Both the position numbers and the translations under genes were made by a program. Under the pieces are notes generated by a model. The model did no database searches. It was not told the origin of the DNA and saw only the letters and a list, made by a program, of their open reading frames with translations. 64,000 nt of DNA from Psammoneis japonica (lineage: Eukaryota). Where the stretch lies: positions 1 through 64,000 of the forward strand of contig QPGO01000100.1 in assembly GCA_008632985.1 (NCBI GenBank), read 5' to 3'. Below are positions 1 to 23,030 of the stretch, one piece after another. The first letter of the stretch is position 1, and every line of letters begins with the position of its first letter.

Positions 1-1352
1 TGTGTGCCCGTATTAGTATCATCTTTTACTGTAGAAAGGTTTCCATTTTCTGACATGACAAATAACGATTGTGGGCTCTGGAAACCAAGCAATGGCCACC
101 GTTTGCCGACTCTTCCTAAAATCCACTTGTGATCATCTTTAGCTTCGTTCTTGTCACGTAAGGGATTAGTACCGTACACCTTTCCATTCTCGTCGGACGC
201 CAAACACTCTTGTCGAGCTTGGGATATCAATAGCACCACTCCAGGCTCGTTGGTGTTTTCAAGTTTCCACTCTTCGGCCTTTTTTCGAAGCGGAAAGCTC
301 GTTGTATAAATATCGGGACCACGTACGTATGGGCCTTCGGAACCAATGCGCTTTCCATCTCTATCACACAAGAGATAATAAGTTTGCCGATGTGCCGATT
401 CAAACTGCCAAATACAAGAGTCGTCAAAGAGAAACTTGGTGGTGCTGCTGGTTGAAAACTCGACTCCTTCATACTGAAGAATCCTACTGTGCCTAACGGA
501 TTCAATTACAACGCCATGATGTCCAGAAGGGGCTTCCTTTATACTCCAGAGAGAATTGTCGTATTCTTCTTCTGACGTGTAGACCTTGCCTGCTTTGTTG
601 GAACAGAGAAATTTTTCACCGTGTGCATAAGGTGATATGCGCACGTGGCCACTGTCCGTCTTGGCAATCCGCCATGCTTCCCATCCCTTGTAATTTTTAT
701 TCATGGAAAGATTGCCAAGTATATCGCATCTGATGCGTAAATCAAGAGAAGGAGACGTGATAAAGCAAAGTTCACCACTATTGAACGACACGCGCCAAGT
801 TTCGTTTGGTCCGCCGGTGGGTTGGTCCGTAGTACGGATCGTATTGCTGTCCGGATCACAGACCAATGTCCTGCCAGACATGGCCGATATAAAATAAATC
901 CCACCACTCTGTGCGTCTTTTACAGCCCACTTGTCGAGCATCTCAAAATGATTCTTTGCCGAGTAAACATTGCCCTTGTCGTCAGAGCAAAAGTACCCGT
1001 CATGTTTGGTAGACTGGAGAACAACCGTGCCGTCACTCTCGGGAATAAGGACAAACTCATCGTTGGCTGATCTGGTGTTTGATAGAAATGCCCCTCCCTT
1101 TGAAGTTGTGCATAGTGTCTTGTTGTTACACGAAAAGACACAGCGAATCGGTTGTTCAGTGCAAGGAAAGTCCATGACTATGCGCCGAACAAAGCTAGAA
1201 ACGCATTCCACAGTCTGGTCCTGGTTGTCAACCTTGACTACAGTGACATCTTCTTTCTCTTCCACAGCGATTAGATCCTCTTGCTGCTTCCTAAGTCTAC
1301 TTGCATCGGGAGGCATGGTGTTTGGCTCGATCGAAATGTTCTGATCCTCCAT
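1..1352 (-). CDS. Fascin-like / beta-trefoil repeat protein, 3' end beyond the window
   Basis: Absent from the ORF track because no stop falls inside the window. Hand translation from ATG 1352 stays open to position 1 (MEDQNISIEP...). Repeated ~40-aa units such as LQSTKHDGYFCSDDKGNVYS..DKWAV, ISPYAHGEKFLCSNKAGKVYT..SLWSI and ISQARQECLASDENGKVYG..HKWIL resemble fascin-type beta-trefoil subdomains. Confidence 0.75.
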   Translation of the reverse strand, partial: MEDQNISIEPNTMPPDASRLRKQQEDLIAVEEKEDVTVVKVDNQDQTVECVSSFVRRIVMDFPCTEQPIRCVFSCNNKTLCTTSKGGAFLSNTRSANDEFVLIPESDGTVVLQSTKHDGYFCSDDKGNVYSAKNHFEMLDKWAVKDAQSGGIYFISAMSGRTLVCDPDSNTIRTTDQPTGGPNETWRVSFNSGELCFITSPSLDLRIRCDILGNLSMNKNYKGWEAWRIAKTDSGHVRISPYAHGEKFLCSNKAGKVYTSEEEYDNSLWSIKEAPSGHHGVVIESVRHSRILQYEGVEFSTSSTTKFLFDDSCIWQFESAHRQTYYLLCDRDGKRIGSEGPYVRGPDIYTTSFPLRKKAEEWKLENTNEPGVVLLISQARQECLASDENGKVYGTNPLRDKNEAKDDHKWILGRVGKRWPLLGFQSPQSLFVMSENGNLSTVKDDTNTGT

Positions 1353-1659
1353 GTTTGTTCGGAAGACATGTTGATGTNTGCGTTGGATGCGAAAAAGTGA
1401 GACAAAATTTTGATCATCAACTCCGACGTCCGTTGAGTCGTATGAAATTTATTCATATTTTAATATTATATATGATGTAATCTTGTATGTACAGTAGTAA
1501 GTACGTAGCGTACGTCATCATCCCTGCGCTCGCTCTCTGTGAAGAGAAAAATAAGAGCTCGACCAAATGTTCCTCACATTTTTTTCATTTTCGTGTTCTT
1601 TGTTCCTCACTTTTTTCCGGCACTTTCGCTCCCGACGCCATGGCACAACTGCGTCGACA

Positions 1660-2938
1660 ATGAGAAGGTCAAGCGCTTCTTGCAACGCTCTATCAGCGTT
1701 AGGAGGTAAAAGCGTCGATACACGAGTAGTTCCTCCCAAGCGACAGCTTCTTTCCGTTTGTGAATCGTCGCCATGCTTATATCACGAAGGACTACTGTTG
1801 GAGCCCACGTCACTGTTTCTTCAAAACAACGAAAAACTGCACTTGCCTTCCGAACGACTTGATGAATATTTGCAGAGTATTCCTAGAGTCGCTTCTCGCT
1901 CGGAAGAGGTGTTGAATCAGAAACAAAAGATTTGTTGGAGAATGACAAAGTTCGATGCTTGAATGTACTTCAAGGAGAAATTGCTCATGCGACTCGTAAA
2001 GAAGCAGACGTCTTGTGCAGTGCTGAAGCGACGACATGTCATATTGTAGCGTTATACAGTAATTCTGCTTCGCCTTTACAAAACACTTTGCCATTGGCAA
2101 GCCTGACCCATGTTGACAAGGTGGGATACGATGCTTGTTTACAACGAATGGTACAGGAACACATCAAACATCATAATGCGGATAGCGGTGACGACAATTT
2201 CGGCTTTTTCTATGATGAGGAAAGCGAGGAAGGAACAGAAAACTTTGTGCCGTTAACTGACGTATCTTCTGATGAACCTACAAGGAACGAATCGCCTTCT
2301 ACAGCGGAAGCGGTGCCATTGATTGAAATCGAAATCCATATGCTCGGAGGTTTTCTTGATGACAATGGCAAGTCTCAAGAGCTCTCGACTTCCCTACTCC
2401 TTGCGTTTTCCAAACTTGCAAAGAGATTTGAGGACACGGTCAAGATGAAGATCGTAACTGCTGCCATTTCATGCATGAATTCTTGCGCGGAAACCTTTTC
2501 TCCTCTTGGCCGAGGCCTTGGAATAGATGTTCGAACGGGACATGTCTTTACGGTAAACTCTGTTCCTTCGCAGCTGGCTGGACCTGCACTGCAAGTACGA
2601 TCTGCACGTATCTTTCGCTCCGACAGGCACCGCGAGGAGAAACTTCAAGTCATTCACCATTCCACCTCGAATGGCCAATTGTGTATTGAACCGTTCGATT
2701 ATGAACACTTTCATCAGCTCGATGCTCTTGCCAGACTGCCGGATAAAACATTGTTACAACTCACATCAACCTCACCAAATGTGGAAGGAGAGGGATTTTG
2801 CGAATCAATACGAAGCACAATTGGGTTCATCAGCGAGTGCCGAGCTGCGAAGTCTTTGGAACTCGCTGTGACGAGCCTCTTCTGTACCGACGAACCAAGA
2901 GTAACACTGCACTCAACGATTGGGCCTTGTGCACATGA
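1660..2938 (+). CDS. NTAN1: Protein N-terminal asparagine amidohydrolase (NTAN1-like)
   Basis: Motifs LNVLQGE, SAEATTCHIV, LTHVD, IHMLGGFLDD, GPALQVRSAR and LQLTSTSP. Apparent frameshifts near 1930 and 2850; the alternative frame ends VFGTRCDEPLLYRR...WALCT* at 2938. Confidence 0.8.
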
Positions 2939-3592
2939 TATCTGTACAGTGAAAGAATTCTCTTGCCTGTTTCCCCGTCCTATTAAAAAGAGGGCGAGTG
3001 GCCACCAATTTTGAATATCTGGAAGCTGAGGATTTTGCTACGAGACTCGGCAGTTTTGACATTTTTAATTTTCCATGCACATAAATGTAATCCGCGTCAT
3101 GATTATCTCGTGTCCAGAAAGCCATTAGCTGGCAGCTCAGTCGGACATACGAACGAAAGTTCGAAGAAAGGCCTTCGCTTGCTAGAGTGTTCCTGTGATT
3201 TGATGCGGCGTCAGAGCAACCTCTGCCTGAGCCACTCGAGGCATCGAAAAGTTCACACGAAGCAGCAAAACATGTACTGTTAGATGCGGTACATATTATT
3301 CTAGAAGAAGTTGAAAACAATGATAGAGACAGACATACTGTAGGAAGATGATAGCTAGAGAGCATAGTAGCACAGACGGGCTCAGAGCTGGCTTGGCTGG
3401 GCTGGATGGGTTTTTGGTGTGGCATAGTAGCACACGAGACCACTTCCGATGATAACCCCGCTGAGATACCGTACTCCGTACTGGTATTTATTCAGCGATG
3501 AGCTTGTTGACTTTCGACAGATATCTAGTCTAATAGCAGGGCCCTACATCACACCAAACACCAAGAAGAGGACAAAGAGAAAACAAAACAGC

Positions 3593-5082
3593 ATGCCATT
3601 TCTCATTGTTGAGAACCATGAGGGTGAACGTGGACGACTTGAAGTGTCTGAGGATGCAACACTTTCTGATGTGCGCGAACAGATTGTTCGGGAAGTGGAA
3701 CACGACTTTGTTCCAGGAGAGGACTTAACTTTTACTTCCGAGACGATGATGACTCTGAAGACGAAAGGCTGGTCCGGATCTTTCGAGACCACGAGAGGAA
3801 ATACAAGGCTTTGGATTTCAAAAAGAAAAATCTGACGCTGTTGGGAGCCAAGCGACGCAAGTTGGATGAAGTCAGCGATGATTCGACCCAGGTTGCGGCT
3901 GCAATCAAGGTTGAAAACAACGAAGTGGCACCACTCGGCGGAAAACAAACGGCAACAGTCACTTCACATGAAGAGCAGGATAGCTCTGTCTTTTATGCCG
4001 GAGATGGCGTTGATGCGGATGATGACACTGAAGAAGCAAAGATCAAGGACGAATTTGAAAATGAAACTCCCGATACTACTGTTGCTGGTGGCGGAGACGT
4101 AAAAGTCAAGGATGAATTCGAAGAGCGAAAGAAGCAGCGCAAAGCATTGTACAAGCGATACCAAGACAAACTCTTGCTGCATCGCCACGATCCTATGAGC
4201 ATTCCAAGATTGGGCGGAGGTGTGCAAGATACATTTGTACGCCCAAGAAAGAAGCATCCCAACGTTTTTGACGCACGAGGCAGCTTGAAAAGCACCTACC
4301 CAGTTCCAAAGTTCGTGGACGTTGAAGAGTTTGATGTCACTAAGAAAGACTCCATGCTTCCCTTCACCTACACATGCTACAGTTCCTTGTGGCAACCCAA
4401 TGGTCCCAAATACGCTGGGCAGCCTAGAGCAGCTTTGGACGCCATTCCAAAATACTTTGAGGAGAGCGGTGAACCGTTTCCTGTCTTCATGAAACGCAGC
4501 TTGACCGAAGGAGATGCTGACAACGAGGGTCCATTGATAGGCTGGGAGTATGTGGGCAACTACAAGGTTACAAACATTCTTGACGAGGATGATAAGTTCT
4601 GGGAAAGCGCTCGTAACTTTTCGAATGCCAGCAAGAAGGAGATAGCGAAGAAGCATTGTGAATCTACCAGATATGGTCGTGAAAGATTGGCTCATTGGCG
4701 AGCCAGACTAATGGATGAACTTGAAAAGGATCCCAGTCCAGCAGCTCCTCAACACCTTGTTGAAAGACGCTGCCCAACTGAGATGGAGAGAAACGAGAAA
4801 CGACCGCCCATGGCAGCACGAGCACGAGCTTTGGGATTTCAACCCAACATGGACAATGAGGAGTTGTCAAAGCTGCTGGTCGAGTTGGATGAATTCCATG
4901 TGCAAGTTCCGGTTGCTTTTGACGAATATGATGAACGTATTTATGAATATTGCAACGGGTTTTCAGAGTCTAAATTCTCGCGGAAAAACGGAAACGGCGG
5001 ACAACTTCGTCCGGGCGAAGAACCGGCCAAGGCTGTGGATTGGTACAATTTTGCGGAGACGAAAGGCTTGATTACCTATTGA
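3593..5082 (+). CDS. Hypothetical protein: possible ubiquitin-like N-terminus, acidic linker, DUF6697-like region
   Basis: ORF 3811-5082 plus upstream MPFLIVEN...DATLSDVREQI joined by a frameshift. Basic NLS-like KRRK. The PFPVF...GWEYVGNY motif resembles DUF6697 (from memory). Confidence 0.55.
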
Positions 5083-5481
5083 GAACGTAGTGTGTTTATT
5101 TGCAGTGAGTTTGTTTTCTGGATTAATCTTAGCTCAATACTGCAGAGCTTCGTTCTCGAAAATGTATGTACGAGCAAGGTCGTGCAGCGTGTAGCCCATT
5201 TTTTTCGTCGGGGTTCAACCTCAAAACATAATACTCGCATCGTACACCAGCATGTAAAGTCCGCCGCCATGTGGCAGCCGCACTTCCCTGCAATCGCGAA
5301 TGAAATAGGTTGTGGAGTAGGAAAAACAACTAGAGTGATAAAACCAACACATTATAAGCAGCATGCATATTAATTTAAAAGCATTTAGAAACTTCATGCA
5401 GTTTGCCGCACTCCGTAAGCAGTCGTGATTCTTGGAACGACGAGTTTTCTAGCCATGCATGGACGGGCGTCGCCATTCCAG

Positions 5482-15620
<10,139 letters not shown>

Positions 15621-15837
15621 GGTGTTCCAAGAAAAAATGGATTTCTCAATCGCAGACCGCAGAGGGGTAAGGGAAACCCGGATGTCCGGATGTACGTCAG
15701 TCTGACCGCGCACCGTTGCGCACGAGAGCAGTCCACGAGCTTCGAGCTCTTATCTTTTTTTCGTTTTTTCAACGGTCGGCGTTGCAAATCAAAATGGCGG
15801 TGTTCAGAGTTACTCTGCTGTCTGGCTTGTTCTCACC

Positions 15838-17159
15838 ATGTCATTGAAACAATATCGGTATAGACTCGGGGATAAAAGGCCGAGGAACAGTAGAAAAGGC
15901 AGTATCTGGATTCCAAAGACATTAGTTTGGAGTTTTTTCATATTTTTCTTTCTGCTTTTCTTATGGTGGGAATGCCGATTGTTTCCCAGAACTTACAAAA
16001 ATTCGTCAGCAGACACCGGTCAAAATACAAATGTCAGATCACTATCCTCACAGTCATCGACAGATCAAGTTGTTGGTTATCTATTAAATTTGGCTCGAAT
16101 GCCTACCAAGGAACTCAAGGAAGCCTTGTATGATCGTGATGAATTTTTTATTTCAGAAATGACAAAGAAAGCGTCGTGTCCCGCGTTTATAAAAAGCAGC
16201 AAAGCTTGGCCCAAGTGGTTACCACCGAAACGGCAATCGAATGCGTCGAAATTGTTTAAAAATCAAATCACGCAAGGACTCGACAGCAAGGATAATGTGA
16301 CGGCTGTGCTTTGGTATGATCATGTCAGCAAGGCGGGTGGAACGTCCTTTTGCGACCTGGCAAACAAGAACTTGCCCCGACGACGCATACCCCTTTATCA
16401 TTGCATGCCTTCCGATGGAGGAAAGAAGGATGGTCGAGTGGGACTATGGTCCAATGACAAGCTCGTCAATTATATTGAAAGCACGTCACACTTGCTCGTG
16501 ACGAATGAATGGCATCCCTTTGATGAATCAAAGTTTGATTTGGAAACGTTGCAACTCGTCTTTGTCACTACCATTCGAAATCCATTGGATCGATTGTTAT
16601 CTTCGTATCGGTTTTGGGCAGTCAGACCCAATCCAGAGAATCCCATTTCGTTTGATAAATGGTTGGAGCGCAAACATTACCACTCGCGAAGCGCTAACGT
16701 ACCCGATTGGGGAATTGCACAGCACGTTGGAAATTACAATTTTGTCACTTGGAAGTTTAGCAATGGCACCATGCCACTCCTGACACGGTCCTTTCCACGA
16801 GAGCAAGAAAATCGACCGCCGGCTGAAAGCCTGTTGCAACACAATAACGAAACTCCGTGGCGACGGCCCTTTGAAACTGCGATTCGAACACTCTCCAATT
16901 TGATTTGGTGCTTCCCATGGAGGATCTCAATCAGTACCCACAACCCCTTGTCGATACACTGGGATGGACGAAGCAAGTCGGATCCATACATGTCGTGTCA
17001 CAGGGTACGATTGCAAACAGCAATGCCGAGGAGTTTTTCGACAAGAACCATTACGAGATTTTGTGGGAAGCCAATCGATTCGACATGATTTTGTACTACT
17101 GGGTCAAGGCTACCTATTTGATACGAATTCATTGTGCAGACGTATTGGAAGGCATATAG
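15838..17159 (+). CDS. Type II membrane (Golgi) sulfotransferase
   Basis: N-terminal TM segment. PAPS-binding motifs HVSKAGGTSF and TTIRNPLDRLLSSY. A frameshift near 16900 joins the ORF ending at 17159. Confidence 0.8.
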
Positions 17160-17259
17160 AACATCCTCTAGAGGCAGGAGTAACAGCATAAGCTCATTAG
17201 CAGGAAGATTGTCTATCTGGAAGCATCAGTGTCGTTTCAACGATAGCTCCTTCATTCGT

Positions 17260-18827
17260 TCAGTCTAGCTTTAGGTCTCGCATGACAACCAGTCGTCTTG
17301 TCAGTGCAATTGTCGCGGCAACAAGTACGACTGCCCCCGCCAGACTAAATGTAACCGCGGGTCCAAAACGACGGTACAGCTCACCCATGAGGAGCGGAGC
17401 TATCACTCGTCCCACGGTATTAATTGCCCCGTCAAGCCCCATCACGGCGCCACGACGATTGGGTGGAACACACCGCAATAACATGGTAGGTATTGTCGGA
17501 CCGTACAGAGGGACTCCACAGTAGTAAAGGCCTGCTGCACATAGCGCAAACATTGGCTTTGAAAAAATAGCCAAAAAGTTGGTGCACGATGCTCCCAAAG
17601 CAAAGAGCCCAGTACTAATGGCGGACAGTCCAGCAACACAGGTCCTTACAGGCCCCAGCGTCTTGACGAGTCGGCCTGTCGTTGTCGCACTGACTACAAA
17701 ACTGATGCAGGCAAACACAGTGTATCCAAGTCCAATACTTTTGGCATCCAGGCCCAAATTGTCACGCATTAATTGGGAAAAGAAGGCGTGAAAGGTAGAA
17801 TCGCCCACATTGAACAAGAAGGAGACGACGCAAATTGTAGCGACACCAGCCCACAGCCGTTGTCCCACTGGACACGGTTCCGTGGATGACGACGAGACAT
17901 TGGGCTTTTGTACTTTCTTGCTACCACTGTCCCGTTCCACAACAACTTTGTCTTCCGAAATGCCCAATCCGACCAGAGCAGCCGCCGCCAAGGAGGCTGC
18001 CGCGGAAATGGAAATGACAAAGGCAAGCGAAGACGATGCCGACATGGACGAATTCACAGCTTCTTCGGTTCCTCTCAAGACATGTTTTCGCGCATCAAAA
18101 GCTAATCCACCAAAGAGGGGACCAACGATAAACGCCATGGTGGATGCGGCATCCCTTAGCGCCAAATACCGTGGTAACTTCCCTTCGGCTTCGCCCACAT
18201 CTGCCAAGTATGCCTTGGAGACGGGAGACGATCCTGCAAAGCAACCAGTCAAGACTCTGGACAAGAGGAACACAATCAGAGATTTGCGAGTCGAAATCAC
18301 ATAGGCTTGTGCAATCAAGCCCAAACCACTCCCCATGAGAGAGGCACACATGACGGGTTTACGCCCAATTCTAGAATTGTCGGACAACTGCGGCCATACA
18401 AAGAGTCCCAACAGCATCCCAAGCGGATAAGCAGAGGTTAAAGAGCCGAACGATGCGCCCACTTTTAAATCAAAATGCTGTCCCAGTGCAGGAGTAATGG
18501 GCCCTGCCATTGTAAAGCCCAAGAGGTTCAAAAGGCCGATGCCAACACGGCAGCCACGGAGAGTTTGCGACGACGCTTGATTTGTTCTGGCGTCTGAGCA
18601 ACCGTTTCGTCGTCGTTACTGCCTCCACTCATTGTAAGCAAGCTTGTTCTTGACGTCCTTTTTAATTCGGAGTTGTTCGATAACGGATCGTAATAGGCAG
18701 GTTTGTTGTGACGAAAGCGCTGTTCTCGCAAGACGGTTGGTGTTGCACCTCGTGAAGGTAATGCAGACCAAGCTAGAGACACTGGAGCAGCAAGCAGGCC
18801 TAGTAGGAGGCCGTTGCCACAACGCAT
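17260..18827 (-). CDS. MFS transporter (TetA/DHA1-like), probably plastid-targeted
   Basis: Multi-TM MFS pattern with SDxxxxGRKP, SRVLTG..AGS, KAYLAD and RRGAVMG. The upstream ORF 18528-18827 supplies a signal peptide and VSLA|WSALP transit start, joined by a frameshift at ~18530. Confidence 0.85.
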
Positions 18828-19496
18828 TAGAAATTAATGAGCTCTCCAGGAGGATAGTAACAACCACACTCTAGAGAGTAGAGGCAGTCAATGTAAGAGC
18901 ACAATGAGAGGGGTTGCAGGTTGCAGTTGCAATGAGCGGACTGATGAGTGATGAGCGATGATCGAAGCACCCAAACGAGTGAGATTATCTGCTTGTCCGA
19001 TGAATCCGACACGGGTGTGAACCAACAATCTTCAACACGGATCTTTGGTGGGGAAGGAAGTGCGAAAGGGGATGGATGGGGCCAAGGATTTGTAAATCCT
19101 TGCGGCTAGAGTAGATGTGTGTAGACTGCGTGCAAAACTCTCTAACTGGCACCAAATGTCAAGTGCGCAAACAAAGTGTGAAGTGCGATGAGGCTGTGGG
19201 AGAGGTCCCTGCTCTCTGCCACCAGCTGCCAAGCTTGATGCGTTGCGTCTGCAAGCACAATCAAGCACTGGTAACACTCTTGTGATTCTGGATCTGTTCA
19301 TGGTTGATGTGAATAGTTTGCATGTGCAATGGATGCAGAATCCTCCATCGTTGGAGTTCACAGATTGTTTTTGCCTCTGTCGCCCGCTGCCGCCGAGCGC
19401 GCGCTGCGCGCACGACTGATTGACAGCCCTACCGCCCATCAAGGATACCATGCAAATCCTCCCTCTCTTTGTCTTCGCATTTTTCTGCGGGGGGCG

Positions 19497-21394
19497 ATGG
19501 GAAAAACAATGACGGCGTCAAATTGTGTTGCTGCTCTAAAGGCAGCAGTACTTGTATTTCTTTGTCAACCACGGAAATTGGTTTTGGGTGATGATAAAGA
19601 CAGAGCTCATAAAAAGACTCCGACTTGCACTGATCATAAGGAATGCGAAAACCGCGACGATGAATGTAGTCTCTGGTTTGCTCCTTCCACAATTCCCGGT
19701 GCTGGGATGGGCATGTTTGCGGGCACAAATTTTAAGCGCAAGCAGGATATGATGGATCAAGGTGATATTGTTATTCCGATTGTGGATATTACATACCATC
19801 AGGAACACCGCTTAGACTACTTTTTGTGGGATGAATACACTTGGAGCGCAGAAACACTCTTTATGGAAAACGAAGGCCTCGATATCAACAGCGCATCACC
19901 GGGTTTTGGATCAGCCGCAAATAGTGTACTGGACCTTGTCAATGTAGAAGAACATTACCCCACTCAGATTAGAGGCTCTGTAGGTCTGCATCGATCCAAA
20001 GACCCGGGCGCAGGTGCGTTCACATACTATCACAACCGACGATCGACTGCCAAAAAGAACATTGAAGCCGGGCAAGAGTTGTTTGTTTCTTATGGGAGGG
20101 ATTGGTTTGAGACTCGTGAACGTCATTTAGGCGCTGTGCCCCTTACAGGAGACTATGCCTGGGCCAATGTTGTGGTTCAAAAGTTCAAGCAGCTAGAGCA
20201 GAAACTAAACAACACCGCAATGCCCCGTCATGTCTTGGATGCTCTGTGGGATCAGTTTCTACTCAACAAACCAACCAATCAATCTCGTACACTAAATGCG
20301 CTACCCAGTGATCCCGAGGAATTGTTGAGAGTCAAGGAAGTAGGCGTCATGAAGTATAGAGGGAAAAAGCTTCGGTTTCGTTGGACTTCTTGAGAGCCAA
20401 TGGGACATGTGCTTCAAACCTGCGCGTCGGCGAATCCAAAATACCTCAGGCCGGTCGTGGTGCTTTTGCAGGACGACCCTTTAAGGAAGGCGACGTTGTG
20501 GCACCCGTGCCTCTTATTCATCTTGTTGAGGGTAGACAGCAGATGGAGATGTACAAGCTAGAAAAGCATAAGAGAAAGAATGACTACGTGGTCAAGAATC
20601 GTACCAAGCCGGTGGGACAGCAGTTACTGATGAATTACTGTTTCAGTCATCCAGAGTCGACGGTGTTTCTTTGTCCCTATGGATTGCAGACTGGCTTTGT
20701 CAATCACGATTTCAAGAATTACAACATCAAACTTCGCTGGGGTGACGAGCAGAAAACCAGTCATGACAACGCCTGGCTCAACAAGTCGTTACACGATTTG
20801 AAAATACACAACAGTGCCGTACTAGCATTTGAATTTGTTGCAACACGATCGATTAAGGAGGGAGAGGAAATTCTCCTGAACTACGGAGCCGAATGGGAAG
20901 AAGCGTGGAAAACTCATGTGAAGCACTGGAAGCCGCAAGAGAACGCTACCACATACAAGTCGTCTAGGGAATACAATGAAGATAAGGAGTCACCGCTCAA
21001 GACGACATTCGATGAGCTAGAAGAGAAATACCCTGATAATGTGAAATTGAAGTGCCATTCAATCTTTTTCGAACAGAAGGTGTGGAAACGGATAGTAGCT
21101 TCAGGACGGAGCCTGGACTCCTACATTTCTGAGGTCAAGGACGACGAGTACGTTGCTTGTGACGTTACGGCAAGATATCAGAATCGGGACAAGTCGCATT
21201 ACTTGTATACCGCCATTCACGAAGATAATGAAGAAGGGAAGGAAGCCATTCGAGTAGAAGATTTACCTCGAGAGGCATTCATATTCATTGACGAAGTCTT
21301 CACGACAGACTTACATTTGAAGAACGCGTTTCGGCACGAAGCTAGAATACCGGATGAGATGCTGCCAAATCACTGGAGAAACCTAAAGAGTTAA
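19497..21394 (+). CDS. Double SET-domain protein, copy 1
   Basis: SET1: APSTIPGAGMGMFAG...IEAGQELFVSYG. SET2: SKIPQAGRGAFA...FVNH...IKEGEEILLNYG. Hydrophobic N-terminus. Frameshift near 20370. Confidence 0.85.
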
Positions 21395-22536
21395 TAGGAA
21401 GTGTAAACGTGACTTATCTATACGTTCTTTCCTATGACACTTCCCGTCCTGTAGCTTGAACCCCTCAGTGTTGGAGCTGTTTCGTTTGCTAAGCCCTGCT
21501 GCTGATGAAATGCAGCCAGAGTCCTCATCTCTGAAATCCCTGTGCTGAGAACTGCCCTCAATTTCTCCAGTTTGACTCTGTCTTCTCTTGTTGGCTGATG
21601 CACACATTGCAGCCTGCTCAGATGCTTTTGCCACCCTGGTGGTGCAGAGACTGTAGCTGTTTTGTCATGAAGCCCCAGCCAACTGCACTTGAGGAAAATG
21701 ATGAAAAAGGTTGGCTGGTGTGAGCTGCACCCCTCACCTCCTGGTGGGTGTTGCCCTGCACACCAATCAGTGCAAAATTGTGTGAGAGCAGCTCAGAGGT
21801 GCCTTGACCACCAGCATGGCACCAAGCAGAACTGCATTGTCAGCTGCTCAAGACCTCTGCTGGGCTTGCAAAACTAACCTGGCTGGCCTGGCACTGCCCC
21901 AGAGGAGCACACAGTGCACCAAGCTTCTTTCTGCCACAGCACATGATTGGCACACAAAGAAAGGGACATGCCAGGTGGGACAAAAAGCTGGGCCAAGCCA
22001 TCACAGAAAAGACTGACTGCGCCATCTGCAAAGTGCATGTGGTGTTCTAAGGACCATGAGCAACAACCCCAGCCAAAGATGAAGTGCTTGGCCATGACAT
22101 CTTGAACCCATTTTTTTGACATTGCCACACAATTTTCCTCATGTCCCTGCACTGACATGATCATTGCTCGAGTGCTTGTCTCAACCATCACATTGTTTTT
22201 CATTTTGTTGACAATGTTCAGAGATCAAAGAAGCTGCAGAAAGCAATGTTGGACAAACTTTTGCACAGATGACAGGTCGTCATTTTGCTGCATTGCAGCC
22301 AAATCAAAAAGCCATTGTGCGGCATTGAGAAACCACCTGCTGCAGCAACAACGGGCTTTGGGGAGTCCCATTTTTTTTCATGGTGTCACAACAGGGGGCG
22401 GTGGTGTGTGGGGCTCACTTCCTGGGCTTTCAGCTTCCCCGCATGGCCCCAAACATGCTGGTGATGTGCACACACATTTTCTCACCATGCCACCACAGCA
22501 AAACACACAGCTGTGCCTTGCAGAGTTCTTGTGTGA

Positions 22537-23030
22537 GGAGGCCCAATTTCTTCCAAGACCACCTTGTTCTTGCAGCTTTGTGGTCCTTTGCAGCAGCGCC
22601 CAGGCCTTGGGCACAAAAAGCATGGGGTTTTTGCTGCTGACTTCAAACTCAATTTTGAGCGCACACTCTCTCTTTTGTGATGCAGGCACAGCTGAGAACA
22701 AGCAAGGAGCAGCAGTGCACACACCTTCTTCTTTTTAAAATTGAAAAGTCAACCAAAGCATTTTCCAGGTGGTTGCACCAGCACCTCTCCATCCCACAAT
22801 GGCTTTGCATGCCGACACAACTCCTCCACGAGGAAGTCACATCAGACTTGTTGAAAAACCAAAATGTCAAGTGTGATGTCAGCCTGTGGCATGTCATTTT
22901 GGTGTGATGAATGCACACACATCCACAACCTCAATTGCTCATTTCAAGAAGAAGTCACAACAGTTTCAACAGGTTTTGTTAAAACCAGCTGATGGCAGCA
23001 TTTGCAATGAGTTGACTCAAGGTGGCATTC
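22537..23030 (+). repeat. Diverged dispersed direct repeat, copy A (copy B ~25491-25945)
   Basis: Shared colinear blocks: gtttttgctgctgac.tcaaa.tcaattt, ggagcagc..cacaccttctt, tgaaaagtca, gacacaactcc, ttgttgaaaaa and aaaccagctgatg.cagca. Confidence 0.75.

Noticed and set aside
22600..22700. Kinase-like 'ECALKIEFEVSSKNPML' in repeat A
   Set aside because: Only one short resemblance; no other kinase motifs were found nearby.
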